A stretch of 64,000 bases of DNA from Patescibacteria group bacterium (GTDB lineage Bacteria; Patescibacteriota; Patescibacteriia; XYB2-FULL-38-15). The notes beneath the pieces were generated by a model that was given only the letters and a program-made list of their open reading frames with translations, made no database searches and was not told where the DNA came from. The position numbers and the translations under genes are program-made. Below, one piece after another: positions 1 to 9,028 of the stretch (within the stretch, counting starts at the first letter, position 1; every line of letters starts with the position of its first letter). The stretch lies in assembly GCA_041650995.1 (NCBI GenBank), contig JBAZJZ010000001.1, forward strand, positions 71,891-135,890, given 5' to 3'.

Positions 1-13
1 GGGCTATTGGGGC

Positions 14-574
14 GTGGCACTTTTTCTTTTTCCGATTTTACTTGGCGTAATTTTTGCCCTAAAAATTTTTATCGTTTGGTATTACAACGCTTTCATTATT
101 ACAAACCGGCGAGTTATCGATCTTGACCAGAGAGGATTTTTCGAACGGATTGTTTCCGAAGCGGCGCTAGAAACAATCCAAGATGTTTCCCACCGCCGCA
201 AAGGAATTTGGCAGACGATTTTTCGCTATGGCGATGTTAGAATCCAAATTGCTGATACGGACACGGGTCTTGAAATAAAAAATGTCCGCGCCCCAGAAGT
301 TACCCAGCAACTTATTTCCGACCTGCTCCATCCCACGCGGCGCAAGCCGGACGGAACTCCGGATTTGTCCATTGCTCCGCCGAATGATGAGGAATTTAAA
401 ATTATTAAAGAAAATATTGCTGACCTCGACGAAAGGCAACTTGAGGAAATTGATAATTTAATTAGAGATAAAATCCGTCAGGCAAAATTAAAAAGACTTG
501 AAGAAATAAAAAATATTGGCCAGAAAGAAGAGAGCTCGACCCGCATTCCTAAAAATGATATACTTAGAGAGTAA
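14..574 (+). CDS. hypothetical protein with N-terminal transmembrane segment and C-terminal charged coiled-coil; ORF may start upstream of the window
   Basis: ORF track 186 aa; hydrophobic N-terminus MALFLFPILLGVIFALKIFIV, K/E-rich C-terminus; no recognisable family. Confidence 0.35.
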   Translation: MALFLFPILLGVIFALKIFIVWYYNAFIITNRRVIDLDQRGFFERIVSEAALETIQDVSHRRKGIWQTIFRYGDVRIQIADTDTGLEIKNVRAPEVTQQLISDLLHPTRRKPDGTPDLSIAPPNDEEFKIIKENIADLDERQLEEIDNLIRDKIRQAKLKRLEEIKNIGQKEESSTRIPKNDILRE

Positions 575-587
575 ATCCTTTTGAATT

Positions 588-983
588 ATGAAGAAAGAAT
601 TGAATGCCAAGCGAGTTATTTCCTCAAAACTCTTTTTATTTTTAGGTGTTATTGTTTTGGGATTTTTAATTTTTTCTTTTGGAAAGAAATTTTTAGAAAG
701 CCGGGAAATTGACAGGGAAATAAAAGAGACAGGGGATGAAATAGCGCGGCTTGAGGCGAAAGATAACGAACTTGAAAGTTTTTTAAATTTCTTGAGTACA
801 GACGATTTTTTGGAACAGGAAGCTCGGTTGAAATTTAATTTACAAAAACCAGGGGAATCGGTCGTGATTGTTCCCGGAACAGGTGTAGAAAGCGCAAATA
901 GCGGGGATCAAAAAGAGTCAGCGGTCGGCAACCAGACATTTAGTAATCCCCAAAAGTGGTGGAATTATTTTTTTAAAAGTTAA
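588..983 (+). CDS. ftsB: septum formation initiator (FtsB/DivIC-like) cell division protein
   Basis: 131 aa; single N-terminal TM followed by coiled coil (EIDREIKETGDEIARLEAKDNELE) and a GESVVIVP-type C-terminal motif typical of FtsB/DivIC. Confidence 0.5.
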   Translation: MKKELNAKRVISSKLFLFLGVIVLGFLIFSFGKKFLESREIDREIKETGDEIARLEAKDNELESFLNFLSTDDFLEQEARLKFNLQKPGESVVIVPGTGVESANSGDQKESAVGNQTFSNPQKWWNYFFKS

Positions 984-1005
984 ATATTAAAGATTAAAAA
1001 CATTT

Positions 1006-2016
1006 ATGGATTTATCTTCAAACGAAAATCAGGAAAAGGAAGTGGGAATTTTGGAAAATAATCCCGAAACTGCTAAAACGGCGGAACTTCCACAAAATTT
1101 AAAAAAGGACGGATTGAAAAAGTTTTTTTTGGGCCTCGGACTTGGCGTGTTGAGCGTTGTAATTTTAGCTGCGGTTATTTTTGGCGTTGGAATCTATCGT
1201 TTCGGCTGGAGCGGCGAGATTGTCGCAAAAATTACCAAAGTGGCGCCGTACCCGGCGGTGTTTGTTAATTGGCGGATGATCGGGTATTACGATTATGCTG
1301 ATGACGTGGAAACCTTGAAGACTTTTTTTGCTAGCCAGGGAGAAGATCTTGGCGCGGCCATTCCGGATGATAAGGAAATAAAAAAGCAGGTTTTGGACAG
1401 GCTTGTTAAAAATGAACTTTCATATCAGTTGGCAAAAAAATACGGCATAAAAATTTATGATGAAGATTTAGAGAAGGAAATTCAAAACATTGTTGATCAG
1501 AGCGAATCAAGGGAAAGTGTTGAGCAAACCTTGGAGGAGCAATACGGCTGGGGAATTGAAGAATTTAAAGAAAAAGTTTTGAAGCCATTTCTTGTGCAGC
1601 AAAAATTACAGGAGGCAATCTCAAAAGATGAAACTTTAAATCAGGAAGCGAAGAAAAAAGCAGAAGATGTTTTAGCTGAAATTAAAAAAGGAGAAAAAAG
1701 TTTTGAAGATTTAGCTAAAGAATACGGTGAAGACGCGACCGCGGAAGACGGAGGTGATTTGGGCTATTTTGGCAAAGGAACAATGGTTAAGGAATTTGAA
1801 ACAGCGGCGTTTTCTTTAGGAGTCGGCGAGACAAGCAGTTTAGTTTTAACAGAATATGGTTATCATGTTATTAAAGTTACGGAGCAGATAAAAGATGAAG
1901 CAGGTGAAGTGAGCGAGGTGCGGGCCAGCCATATCTTGATTAGGACAAAAAGTTTAGATGATTTCTTGACTGAAGAACTAGAAAAGGCAAGGGTTTGGCA
2001 GTGCGTTAAATTATAG
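1006..2016 (+). CDS. membrane-anchored parvulin-type peptidyl-prolyl cis-trans isomerase (PrsA/SurA-like)
   Basis: 336 aa; N-terminal TM; PpiC-type rotamase signature SHILIRTKS ... GGDLGYFGKGTMVKEFETAAFSL...GYHVIKV. Confidence 0.7.
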   Translation: MDLSSNENQEKEVGILENNPETAKTAELPQNLKKDGLKKFFLGLGLGVLSVVILAAVIFGVGIYRFGWSGEIVAKITKVAPYPAVFVNWRMIGYYDYADDVETLKTFFASQGEDLGAAIPDDKEIKKQVLDRLVKNELSYQLAKKYGIKIYDEDLEKEIQNIVDQSESRESVEQTLEEQYGWGIEEFKEKVLKPFLVQQKLQEAISKDETLNQEAKKKAEDVLAEIKKGEKSFEDLAKEYGEDATAEDGGDLGYFGKGTMVKEFETAAFSLGVGETSSLVLTEYGYHVIKVTEQIKDEAGEVSEVRASHILIRTKSLDDFLTEELEKARVWQCVKL

Positions 2017-2071
2017 AAAAAGAAAAATTGATAATCAAAAAACAGCCTTCAAAAAATGAATTGCTGTTTTC

Positions 2072-2147
2072 TGGAGCCGACGGTGGGATTTGCACCCACG
2101 ACCTCTGCTTTACGAAAGCATTGCTCTGCTGGCTGAGCTACGTCGGC
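2072..2147 (-). tRNA. tRNA-Thr (anticodon CGT)
   Basis: Reverse complement GCCGACGTAGCTCAGCC...TTTCGTAAAG...GGTCGTGGGTGCAAATCCCACCGTCGGCTCCA: 7-bp acceptor, T-loop GTGCAAATCC, encoded CCA, loop with CGT. Confidence 0.8.
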
Positions 2148-2149
2148 AA

Positions 2150-2220
2150 AGCGGGATACCGGAATCGAACCGGCGCCTCAACCTTGGGAAGGTCGCATAC
2201 TGCCACTATACTAATCCCGC
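2150..2220 (-). tRNA. tRNA-Gly (anticodon CCC)
   Basis: Reverse complement GCGGGATTAGTATAGTGGCAGTATGCGACCTTCCCAAGGTTGAGGCGCCGGTTCGATTCCGGTATCCCGC; anticodon stem CGACC/GGTTG, loop TTCCCAA; no encoded CCA. Confidence 0.75.
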
Positions 2221-2288
2221 GCTTTTTTGTAAATATTAATCTAATTCTAGGATATTTTAGAAGAAAAATCAAGTCCGAAGTTTTAAGG

Positions 2289-2317
2289 TTGGCATTTTAA
2301 AAAGAATCACGTATAAT
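2289..2317 (+). promoter_or_regulatory. sigma70-type promoter upstream of ftsE (TTGGCA-17-TATAAT)
   Basis: TTGGCA at 2289-2294, 17-nt spacer, TATAAT at 2312-2317, 9 nt before the ftsE ATG. Confidence 0.5.
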
Positions 2318-2325
2318 GATTTAAT

Positions 2326-3006
2326 ATGATTGAGTTTCGAGGCATAGAAAAAATTTATCCTCCAAATATAACCGCTCTGGATGGTGTTAATTTGAAAATT
2401 AACGCCGGAGAGTTTGTTTCTATTGTGGGTCAGTCAGGAACAGGCAAGACAACTCTTATAAAACTTTTGACTGCGGAGGAGCGTCCAACGCGAGGAAAAA
2501 TAACTATTTCCGACTGGGATATCACAAAAATCAGGCGTTCTGAAATTCCGACGCTTCGCCGGCAGATCGGAGTTATTTTTCAGGATTTTAAATTATTGCC
2601 TAAAAAAACTATTTTTGAAAATGTTGCTTTTGCCCTGGAAGTTTGCGGCGCGTCATCCCACAGAATAAAAACGATTGTTCCGCAGGTTTTGCGCATTGTG
2701 GGTTTGGAAGAAAAATCTGGCCGCTATCCAAAACAGGTTTCTGGCGGTGAACAGCAGAGAGTAGCCATTGCCCGCGCTCTTATCCACCGGCCGAAAATTT
2801 TGGTTGCCGATGAGCCGACAGGAAATTTAGATTCCATTAACACAAGAGAGATTGCCGATTTACTTTTGAAAATAAATGAGTTTGGCACGACAGTTATTTT
2901 AGTTTCTCACAATCGGGAGCTGGTGAATTCCTTGCGGCGAAGAGTTGTGACACTCGAGCAGGGGACGGTTATCAGTGATCAGGAAGTTGGGAAATACGTT
3001 CTATAA
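2326..3006 (+). CDS. ftsE: cell division ATP-binding protein FtsE
   Basis: 226 aa; Walker [13 protein letters not shown] signature [15 protein letters not shown], Walker [13 protein letters not shown]; directly upstream of ftsX. Confidence 0.9.
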   Translation: MIEFRGIEKIYPPNITALDGVNLKINAGEFVSIVGQSGTGKTTLIKLLTAEERPTRGKITISDWDITKIRRSEIPTLRRQIGVIFQDFKLLPKKTIFENVAFALEVCGASSHRIKTIVPQVLRIVGLEEKSGRYPKQVSGGEQQRVAIARALIHRPKILVADEPTGNLDSINTREIADLLLKINEFGTTVILVSHNRELVNSLRRRVVTLEQGTVISDQEVGKYVL

Positions 3007-3015
3007 TTTTTCAAT

Positions 3016-3090
3016 GTAATTACTCAATTACTAATTACCCAATTACTTCACTACAATCTGTAATTAGGTAATTAATGGTAATTAGGTAAT
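3016..3090. repeat. imperfect inverted repeat built from AATTAC/GTAATTA hexa-heptamers in the ftsE-ftsX intergenic region
   Basis: gtaattactcaattactaattacccaattac ... gtaattaggtaattaatggtaattaggtaatt; the arms are reverse-complementary in their repeated AATTAC units. Confidence 0.6.
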
Positions 3091-3099
3091 TTTCTAATA

Positions 3100-4014
3100 A
3101 TGTTCTCGGCGTTATTACGTATTCTAAAATTTTCTTCTCAGGATTTCTGGAGAAATTTTTGGCTTTCCACGGCCACGATAGTAGTTTTGGTTTTGACATT
3201 GGTTTCCATAAATTTTTTAATAACTTTGAATTTTTTGACGAAAACTGCGGTAGCCGAAGTGGAAAATAAAATTGATGTCAGTATTTATTTTAAGCAGGGA
3301 GTGGCGGAAAGCGAAATCGGAAATATAAAATCATATCTTCTAAGTTTATCTACAGTGAAGGGCGTGAAATATGTTTCGCCCGAAGAAGCACTCCGAGAAT
3401 TTGAAAAAAAACATAAAAACGACGCGATAATTAAAGAATCGCTTGAAGAAGTCGGAGAAAATCCCCTGGGAGCGACGCTTGTAATCCGGGCGCATAACAC
3501 GGCGGATTATCCGGAGATTTTGAAAGTTTTTGACGCCGCGCAATACGTCAATATTATTCAAGAGAAAAATTTTGAAGATCACGAAGTCGTAATTAAAAAA
3601 ATTGATTCCATTTCGGAAAAAGCAAAGACAACAGGTGCGGGTCTCGCCGGACTTTTCGCCGTGATCGCGGTTTTGATCGGGTTTAACACGGTCCGTATGA
3701 CGATCTACACGCATCGCGAAGAAATTGGGGTGATGAAATTAGTCGGCGCGGCCAACTGGTTTGTCCGGGCGCCTTATGTCGCGAGCGGAATTTTTTACGG
3801 AATTTTTGCCGTGCTTTTCACGGTTTTAATTACCTTTCCGGCAATCGGTTTTGCCGAGCCGTATTTGGCAGGATTTTTCGGCGGTTCAGAATTCAATTTA
3901 CTCGGATATTTTTCAAATAATTTTCTGCAGATTTTTGGCTGGCAGTTTGTGGGCGTAGTTCTTCTGAATATGGTGACAAGCAGTCTGGCGGTCGGCCGGT
4001 ACTTGAAAGTTTAA
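3100..4014 (+). CDS. ftsX: cell division permease FtsX
   Basis: 304 aa; N-terminal TM, large extracytoplasmic domain, three C-terminal TM helices typical of the FtsX-like permease family; follows ftsE. Confidence 0.85.
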   Translation: MFSALLRILKFSSQDFWRNFWLSTATIVVLVLTLVSINFLITLNFLTKTAVAEVENKIDVSIYFKQGVAESEIGNIKSYLLSLSTVKGVKYVSPEEALREFEKKHKNDAIIKESLEEVGENPLGATLVIRAHNTADYPEILKVFDAAQYVNIIQEKNFEDHEVVIKKIDSISEKAKTTGAGLAGLFAVIAVLIGFNTVRMTIYTHREEIGVMKLVGAANWFVRAPYVASGIFYGIFAVLFTVLITFPAIGFAEPYLAGFFGGSEFNLLGYFSNNFLQIFGWQFVGVVLLNMVTSSLAVGRYLKV

Positions 4015-4030
4015 AAGAAAAAAGATAAAA

Positions 4031-4058
4031 TACAGACAAGCTGAAATGTCTGTTTTTT
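4031..4058 (+). terminator. rho-independent terminator after ftsX
   Basis: acagacaagctgaaatgtctgt followed by ttttttt. Confidence 0.7.
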
Positions 4059-4065
4059 TATTTCA

Positions 4066-4139
4066 TTCCGGGATCGTCTAATGGCAGGACAGCAGCCTTT
4101 GAAGCTGTTTATCTTGGTTCGAATCCAAGTCCCGGAGCC
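4066..4139 (+). tRNA. tRNA-Gln (anticodon TTG)
   Basis: TCCGGGATCGTCTAATGGCAGGACAGCAGCCTTTGAAGCTGTTTATCTTGGTTCGAATCCAAGTCCCGGAGCCA; anticodon loop CTTTGAA; encoded CCA. Confidence 0.85.
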
Positions 4140-4244
4140 AAGGGAAAGTTTGGGTATCGACCCAGACTTTCCCTTGATCTCGCGGACGGGCGATTCAACC
4201 GAGCCCCCGAACCGGCCGCTTTGTCCTTCCGGCACCGAGGAGCC

Positions 4245-4267
4245 TTCGAATCCAAGTCCCGGAGCCA
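4245..4267 (+). repeat. direct copy 1 of tRNA-Gln 3' end (T-loop to CCA, 23/23 nt), preceded by conserved junction caccgaggagcc
   Basis: ttcgaatccaagtcccggagcca is identical to 4117-4139; it lies 105 nt downstream of the tRNA. Confidence 0.85.
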
Positions 4268-4273
4268 TTAAAT

Positions 4274-4447
4274 ATGAATAAAAACATAATTAGAATACTG
4301 TGTTTTGTTTTTGCTATACTGCTTGGTGTTTTTATGTTTGTATATGGGGAATTTGATGATAGCCCAGGAGGACAATTGCTCGGACTTATAGTAGTTGTCA
4401 TTGGCATTGTGGGTATTATAAGAAGTAAGAAAAAAATTTCAAACTAA
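4274..4447 (+). CDS. 58-aa predicted membrane protein carried between the two tRNA-Gln 3'-end repeats
   Basis: ATG at 4274, stop at 4445-4447; MNKNIIRILCFVFAILLGVFMFVYGEFDDSPGGQLLGLIVVVIGIVGIIRSKKKISN has two hydrophobic helices; below the 60-aa cut-off of the ORF track. Confidence 0.45.
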   Translation: MNKNIIRILCFVFAILLGVFMFVYGEFDDSPGGQLLGLIVVVIGIVGIIRSKKKISN

Positions 4448-4456
4448 CGAGGAGCC

Positions 4457-4479
4457 TTCGAATCCAAGTCCCGGAGCCA
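4457..4479 (+). repeat. direct copy 2 of tRNA-Gln 3' end (23/23 nt), preceded by acgaggagcc
   Basis: ttcgaatccaagtcccggagcca repeated a third time. Confidence 0.85.
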
Positions 4480-4527
4480 AAGAAAAGTACAGATTCTTGT
4501 TCTACACTTTTCCTTGGCTCGTGGTAG

Positions 4528-5691
4528 TTGTTTTTTAATATGGGTAATACTTTATTTGATAATTTTAATAGAACTTACGATGGCCCAGCTAACTATACGG
4601 AATCCGAGTTTGATTACTTAAATAAATCAGCACGTGAAGGTTGTGAAAATGCACGAAAATGTCTAGATTTGTGGTTTAGAGAATATTGCATTAGATACCC
4701 GTCTGCCATAAAAGATTTTAAAGGGCGATTCTGTTCTCAGAGTGATGAGCAGCATCTTGGAGCTATTACTGAACTTTATTTGCACAATTTTTTATTAAAA
4801 AGTGGTTATAATAAAATTGAGAATCATCCAGAGACAGAATCCGCCAAGCATCCAGAATTTTTAGTATTGGACGATGGTAAGCCCTTATTTTTTGCAGAAG
4901 CCGCTATGGTTTATGGTCGTAGAGATAGGGGTCGTGTAAAAAAATTCGAAGCAACCATACTTGATTCCATAAATACTATTGAATCACAAAATTTTTTAAT
5001 CTTAGTTGAAATAGAATCAGTTGATTCTAATCGGCCGCCCTCCACGAAAAAAATAAAAGAGTGTATCGAGAAACAATTAAATTGCCTGGATTACTGCGAA
5101 GTTCTAGAAAAAGATGAAGAGCAATATCCAAAATGGGAGTATAGAGAAAATAATTGGAAATTAAACTTTATTGCTTCTCCCATTGAGGCGGAGGCTCGTC
5201 ATTATCAAGATAGATTTCCTTCTAGGAATATTGGGAGCATTAATTACCCTATTAAACAAATTGAATTAGACGAAGAGATTAAGGAAACCGTTTCGAAAAA
5301 AAGCAAAAAGTATGGCAATTTAAGATTACCTTTTATTATTGTGTTAAATGTAATTAGCGACAGTATATTCTATAGCGATGAAGTGGCTATAAGCGCATTA
5401 TTTGGTAAGCGGACGGTTCAATCTGTCACTGATGCTAATGGCACAAGGACAATTAAGCAGGGACGTACATTTGATGGAATTATTGTACATCCAGGAACAG
5501 GCATTCAAAACACCAAGATGTCGGGCTTGTTAATAATGAAAAATCTTACTAGTTTTACATTAGAAAACGTCAAACCAGTTTTGTGGCATCATCCAAAAGC
5601 TAAATATCCATTTGATGTCAATTTTTTAAAAGATATTGATCATAAAATTTATAATCCTAGCAGCGGCAAAATGGAAGATAAAATGTCATAA
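4528..5691 (+). CDS. hypothetical protein (387 aa), orphan immediately downstream of the tRNA-Gln repeat cassette
   Basis: Long ORF with no family recognised by eye; codon and composition match the host AT-rich genome. Confidence 0.4.
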   Translation: MFFNMGNTLFDNFNRTYDGPANYTESEFDYLNKSAREGCENARKCLDLWFREYCIRYPSAIKDFKGRFCSQSDEQHLGAITELYLHNFLLKSGYNKIENHPETESAKHPEFLVLDDGKPLFFAEAAMVYGRRDRGRVKKFEATILDSINTIESQNFLILVEIESVDSNRPPSTKKIKECIEKQLNCLDYCEVLEKDEEQYPKWEYRENNWKLNFIASPIEAEARHYQDRFPSRNIGSINYPIKQIELDEEIKETVSKKSKKYGNLRLPFIIVLNVISDSIFYSDEVAISALFGKRTVQSVTDANGTRTIKQGRTFDGIIVHPGTGIQNTKMSGLLIMKNLTSFTLENVKPVLWHHPKAKYPFDVNFLKDIDHKIYNPSSGKMEDKMS

Positions 5692-5697
5692 TCAAAT

Positions 5698-6564
5698 ATG
5701 TCCGACTATATAATCCTAAAAACTAAACCCTCGGCTGATTACGAGCTAATTGATTCCGGAGAGGGAAAAAAATTGGAACGCTATGGGCGGTTTGTTTTTT
5801 CGCGCCCGGATCCGCAGGCCCTTTGGCCAAAATTAAATTTGGCCGCGTGGAAAAAAGTGGACGGCGAATTTAAGCGCAGCGCGGAATCGGCAGAATGGAA
5901 AATAAAGCGTGAAGTTCCCGGTCGTTGGCAGATAAATTTGGCGGGTTTGGATTTTTGGATAAAACCCACGACTTTTAAACATTTGGGAATTTTTCCGGAA
6001 CAAGTCGGAAATTGGGAATGGATTAAAAATTTGGTCGGTAAGGCGAAAAGAAAAGTTTCAGTCTTAAATCTTTTTGGCTATACGGGCGGCGCGACGCTTG
6101 CCGCGGCCGCGGCTGGCGCGGAAGTATGCCACTTGGATGGATCAAAAGTTGCGATTACCTGGGCGCGAGATAACGCGGCTTTGTCAAAATTAGATAAAAA
6201 ACCGATTCGCTGGATTTTGGAAGACGCGGTGAAATTCGTAAAACGGGAAATTAAACGCGGCCATCGCTATGAGGGAATTATTTTGGATCCGCCGGCGTTT
6301 GGTCACGGTCCAGGCGGTGAACTTTGGAAAATTGAAGATAATTTTTTAGAATTAATGGATTTGTGTTTTAAATTACTTTCCGAAAAGCCTCTATTTTTTC
6401 TGATAAATGGTTATGCTTCAGGATATTCGGCGACTGCTTATAAAAATAATTTGTTGCCGCTCGTTAAAAAATATGGCGGAACACTCGAGGCGGGAGAATT
6501 GACAATTGAAGAAAAAAGCGGCCGGCTCTTGCCTTGCGGAATTTTTGCGAGGTGGAATTCTTAA
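5698..6564 (+). CDS. class I SAM-dependent RNA methyltransferase (RlmI/RlmK-like, COG1092-type)
   Basis: 288 aa; LNLFGYTGGATLAAAAAGA (motif I) and ILDPPAFG (DPPxF motif IV) typical of the RlmI/YccW family. Confidence 0.6.
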   Translation: MSDYIILKTKPSADYELIDSGEGKKLERYGRFVFSRPDPQALWPKLNLAAWKKVDGEFKRSAESAEWKIKREVPGRWQINLAGLDFWIKPTTFKHLGIFPEQVGNWEWIKNLVGKAKRKVSVLNLFGYTGGATLAAAAAGAEVCHLDGSKVAITWARDNAALSKLDKKPIRWILEDAVKFVKREIKRGHRYEGIILDPPAFGHGPGGELWKIEDNFLELMDLCFKLLSEKPLFFLINGYASGYSATAYKNNLLPLVKKYGGTLEAGELTIEEKSGRLLPCGIFARWNS

Positions 6565-6566
6565 AT

Positions 6567-7235
6567 ATGAAGTTGAATGTTTTATATGAAGATAATCATT
6601 TGATCGTGGTGGAAAAACCAGCTGGGATGCTTGTGCAAGGAGATAAAACTGGTGATCCCTGTTTAATGGATGAAGTAAAAAAATATTTGAAAGAAAAATA
6701 TAAAAAATCGGGCAATGTTTTTTTGGGACTTGTGCATCGGCTGGATCGTCCGGTCGGCGGTGTCGTGCTTTTTGCGAAGACGGGCAAAGGTGCCTCAAGG
6801 CTCTCTGCGCAGTTTCGCGAGCGAAGTGTGGAAAAATATTATTTTGCGGTTGTCGTCGGAAAAATGAAAGAGAAAAGCGGCAAGATTGTAAGTTTTTTGA
6901 AAAAAGATGAAAAGAAAAACGTTGCAGAAGTTTTTACGTGCGAAGTGCCCGGAACAAAACGCGCTGAGCTTTTTTGGGAACAAGTTTCTTCCGGCAAAGA
7001 AAATTCACTTTTAAAAATAAAATTGGGAACAGGCCGGACGCACCAGATTCGCGCTCAGCTTGCTTCGATTAATCATCCGATTTTGGGCGATGTAAAATAT
7101 GGCGCGCCAAAACCTCTGCCCGATAAATTTATTGCTCTTTTTGCCGCTTCACTTTCTTTTAAATTGGCCACGCAAGATGAGGCCAAAACGATTGAACTTC
7201 CTTGGCCAAAAGTTTGGGAAAAATATTTAAATTAA
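6567..7235 (+). CDS. RluA-family RNA pseudouridine synthase
   Basis: Catalytic motif LVHRLDRPVGGVVLFAKT and HQIRAQLA; the start is taken at the ATG at 6567 because the upstream in-frame extension overlaps the preceding gene. Confidence 0.8.
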   Translation: MKLNVLYEDNHLIVVEKPAGMLVQGDKTGDPCLMDEVKKYLKEKYKKSGNVFLGLVHRLDRPVGGVVLFAKTGKGASRLSAQFRERSVEKYYFAVVVGKMKEKSGKIVSFLKKDEKKNVAEVFTCEVPGTKRAELFWEQVSSGKENSLLKIKLGTGRTHQIRAQLASINHPILGDVKYGAPKPLPDKFIALFAASLSFKLATQDEAKTIELPWPKVWEKYLN

Positions 7236-7272
7236 TCCGGCTTCGCGAAAAAAGATTTTTCCGACCGGTTTT

Positions 7273-7653
7273 TTGATTAAATTTTTAACATTACAAAGTA
7301 TGGCAAATCTTCAAGAAGTTTGGCTCCGCATGCAAAAAACAAAAAAGAAACAAAAAGAAATAAGATCCGCGTATAAAGACGCGTTGGCCAATAGCGCTGA
7401 TTATGGAAAAATCGTGGAAGATTTAAAAACCCTTCGCGAAAAAAAGAAAAAAATTGAAATGGATGTGCGAGGAGATTTTTCTTCCGAGTTTAATGAACTT
7501 GAAACTTTGAAAGCGGACACGGAAACCGACGCGGAAATGCTTTCGGATTTAGCTTTAAATACCTTCGTGAAAGGGGAGACGGTCCAAGTGACTGATGAAT
7601 ACGAAAATAAATACGAGCCGGTTTTTGTCGTGAAATTTAAACGGGTATATTAA
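7273..7653 (+). CDS. hypothetical coiled-coil protein
   Basis: 126 aa, K/E-rich, no recognised domain. Confidence 0.35.
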   Translation: MIKFLTLQSMANLQEVWLRMQKTKKKQKEIRSAYKDALANSADYGKIVEDLKTLREKKKKIEMDVRGDFSSEFNELETLKADTETDAEMLSDLALNTFVKGETVQVTDEYENKYEPVFVVKFKRVY

Positions 7654-7732
7654 CGTTATAATGGAAATGGACGTTGATTTTTAAAAATGGTAAAATTTAA
7701 TCAGCGTCCGGCTAAGTCATAATCTTAAAATT

Positions 7733-8464
7733 ATGAAAAAACAAGTATTTTCCATTGTAGTTTTGGCCGCCTTAGTCGTTGGTTTTTGGCCAGCGGCGGA
7801 AGTTAGGGCCGGGGAATGTTGCGGCTGTGATCCGATTTACGACCGCGATTTGCGCGGCGAAGTTATTATTAGTGCTTATGTTAGAAATGAGCCATGCACG
7901 GTGAATTCCACGATTTTGAAAACCGTGGTCAAGGGGTCAGTCATTAAAGTTATCGGTGAAACCGACGGTTGGTATAAAGTGGAATTGGCTGACGGAACAG
8001 TTGGTTGGGTTGGGCAAGTTTTGATGCAAATTACAAGCAAGGCTCTGACAAACACCTCGGGAACAACAAGCGGAACTTCTGGCAGCTCGGCCTCTACGGC
8101 AAGTTTGGCGAAATATTTGGGATATATTTTCTTGGCCGTGGAAAAACATGGCGAGGCATACTACTATTATCCGGTAAATCAAAAAGGATATTACCTGGGG
8201 AGGCCGGCCGATGCGTTTAATGTGATGCGGACGTTGGGACTCGGCGCCACACACGAATTTATCCAGAACACAACTTATTTCCCATCGCACGTTGTCGGAA
8301 GAATTTTACTTGACGTCCAATCGCACGGCGAAGCTTACTACATTTATCCAAAAGACAGAAAAAAATATTATCTTGGCCGGCCGGATGACGCGTTTAGAAT
8401 TATGAGAGAGTTAGGTTTAGGGATTAGCAATACGAACTTGACGGCGCTGCCGCTCGCGCAATAA
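7733..8464 (+). CDS. secreted protein with a bacterial SH3-like domain and two internal about 60-aa repeats
   Basis: Signal peptide MKKQVFSIVVLAALVVGFWPAA; SH3b-like GSVIKVIGETDGWYKVELADGTVGWV; duplicated HGEAYYYYP...YYLGRP(A/D)DAF..M..LGLG modules. Confidence 0.5.
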   Translation: MKKQVFSIVVLAALVVGFWPAAEVRAGECCGCDPIYDRDLRGEVIISAYVRNEPCTVNSTILKTVVKGSVIKVIGETDGWYKVELADGTVGWVGQVLMQITSKALTNTSGTTSGTSGSSASTASLAKYLGYIFLAVEKHGEAYYYYPVNQKGYYLGRPADAFNVMRTLGLGATHEFIQNTTYFPSHVVGRILLDVQSHGEAYYIYPKDRKKYYLGRPDDAFRIMRELGLGISNTNLTALPLAQ

Positions 8465-8526
8465 AATTATACCCCGGATTAATTTCCGGGGTTTTGGTAT
8501 AAATTTATCAAGAAGGGGGTGAATTT

Positions 8527-8901
8527 ATGAATTGGAAAAAAGCCATTGGTTTTGGCGCTCTTCTTTGGGTGCTAATGTTTGTCATAGTTTGTATTTTTAT
8601 TGGTTTTAAAGTTCCTGAATCAACTTGGCTAAACATTGGATACGCTATTATTGCCGGCATTATCTCTTTCATTTTGGCTGGTTACGTTAAGCCAAAAAGT
8701 TATGGTTTAGCTTTGGGTTACGGCATTTCATGGCTCGTGGTTGGCGTGATTTTGGATGCCATTGTCACGATGCGATTTAACCCGGCGATTTTTTCTTCCT
8801 GGACGCTTTGGCTCGGCTATGGTCTTGCTATCGTAGCGATTCTTTTGCGGGTTAAAAAAGTTCCGACAATGATCGCACCGCCTCCACCACCGCAAGTGTA
8901 A
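8527..8901 (+). CDS. small integral membrane protein (4 predicted TM), unknown function
   Basis: 124 aa, hydrophobic throughout, proline-rich C-terminal tail. Confidence 0.45.
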   Translation: MNWKKAIGFGALLWVLMFVIVCIFIGFKVPESTWLNIGYAIIAGIISFILAGYVKPKSYGLALGYGISWLVVGVILDAIVTMRFNPAIFSSWTLWLGYGLAIVAILLRVKKVPTMIAPPPPPQV

Positions 8902-9028
8902 AATATATTTAGTCGCGACTAAATACTCGCCCAAAGGCGGGTATTTTGTTTGCGGAAATTTTTTATTTATGATAGGACAGATTAAAGCCCTGGGCGAATA
9001 GGCGCCTAGCGGTTACAAGAGGGAGGGC

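Noticed and set aside
2028-2300. 90-aa + strand ORF in the ORF track
   Set aside because: It lies antisense across two well-formed tRNA genes (Thr-CGT, Gly-CCC); its translation is the mirror of tRNA sequence, so it is not a gene.
3285-3714. Minus-strand ORFs of 71 and 122 aa
   Set aside because: They lie antisense inside ftsX.
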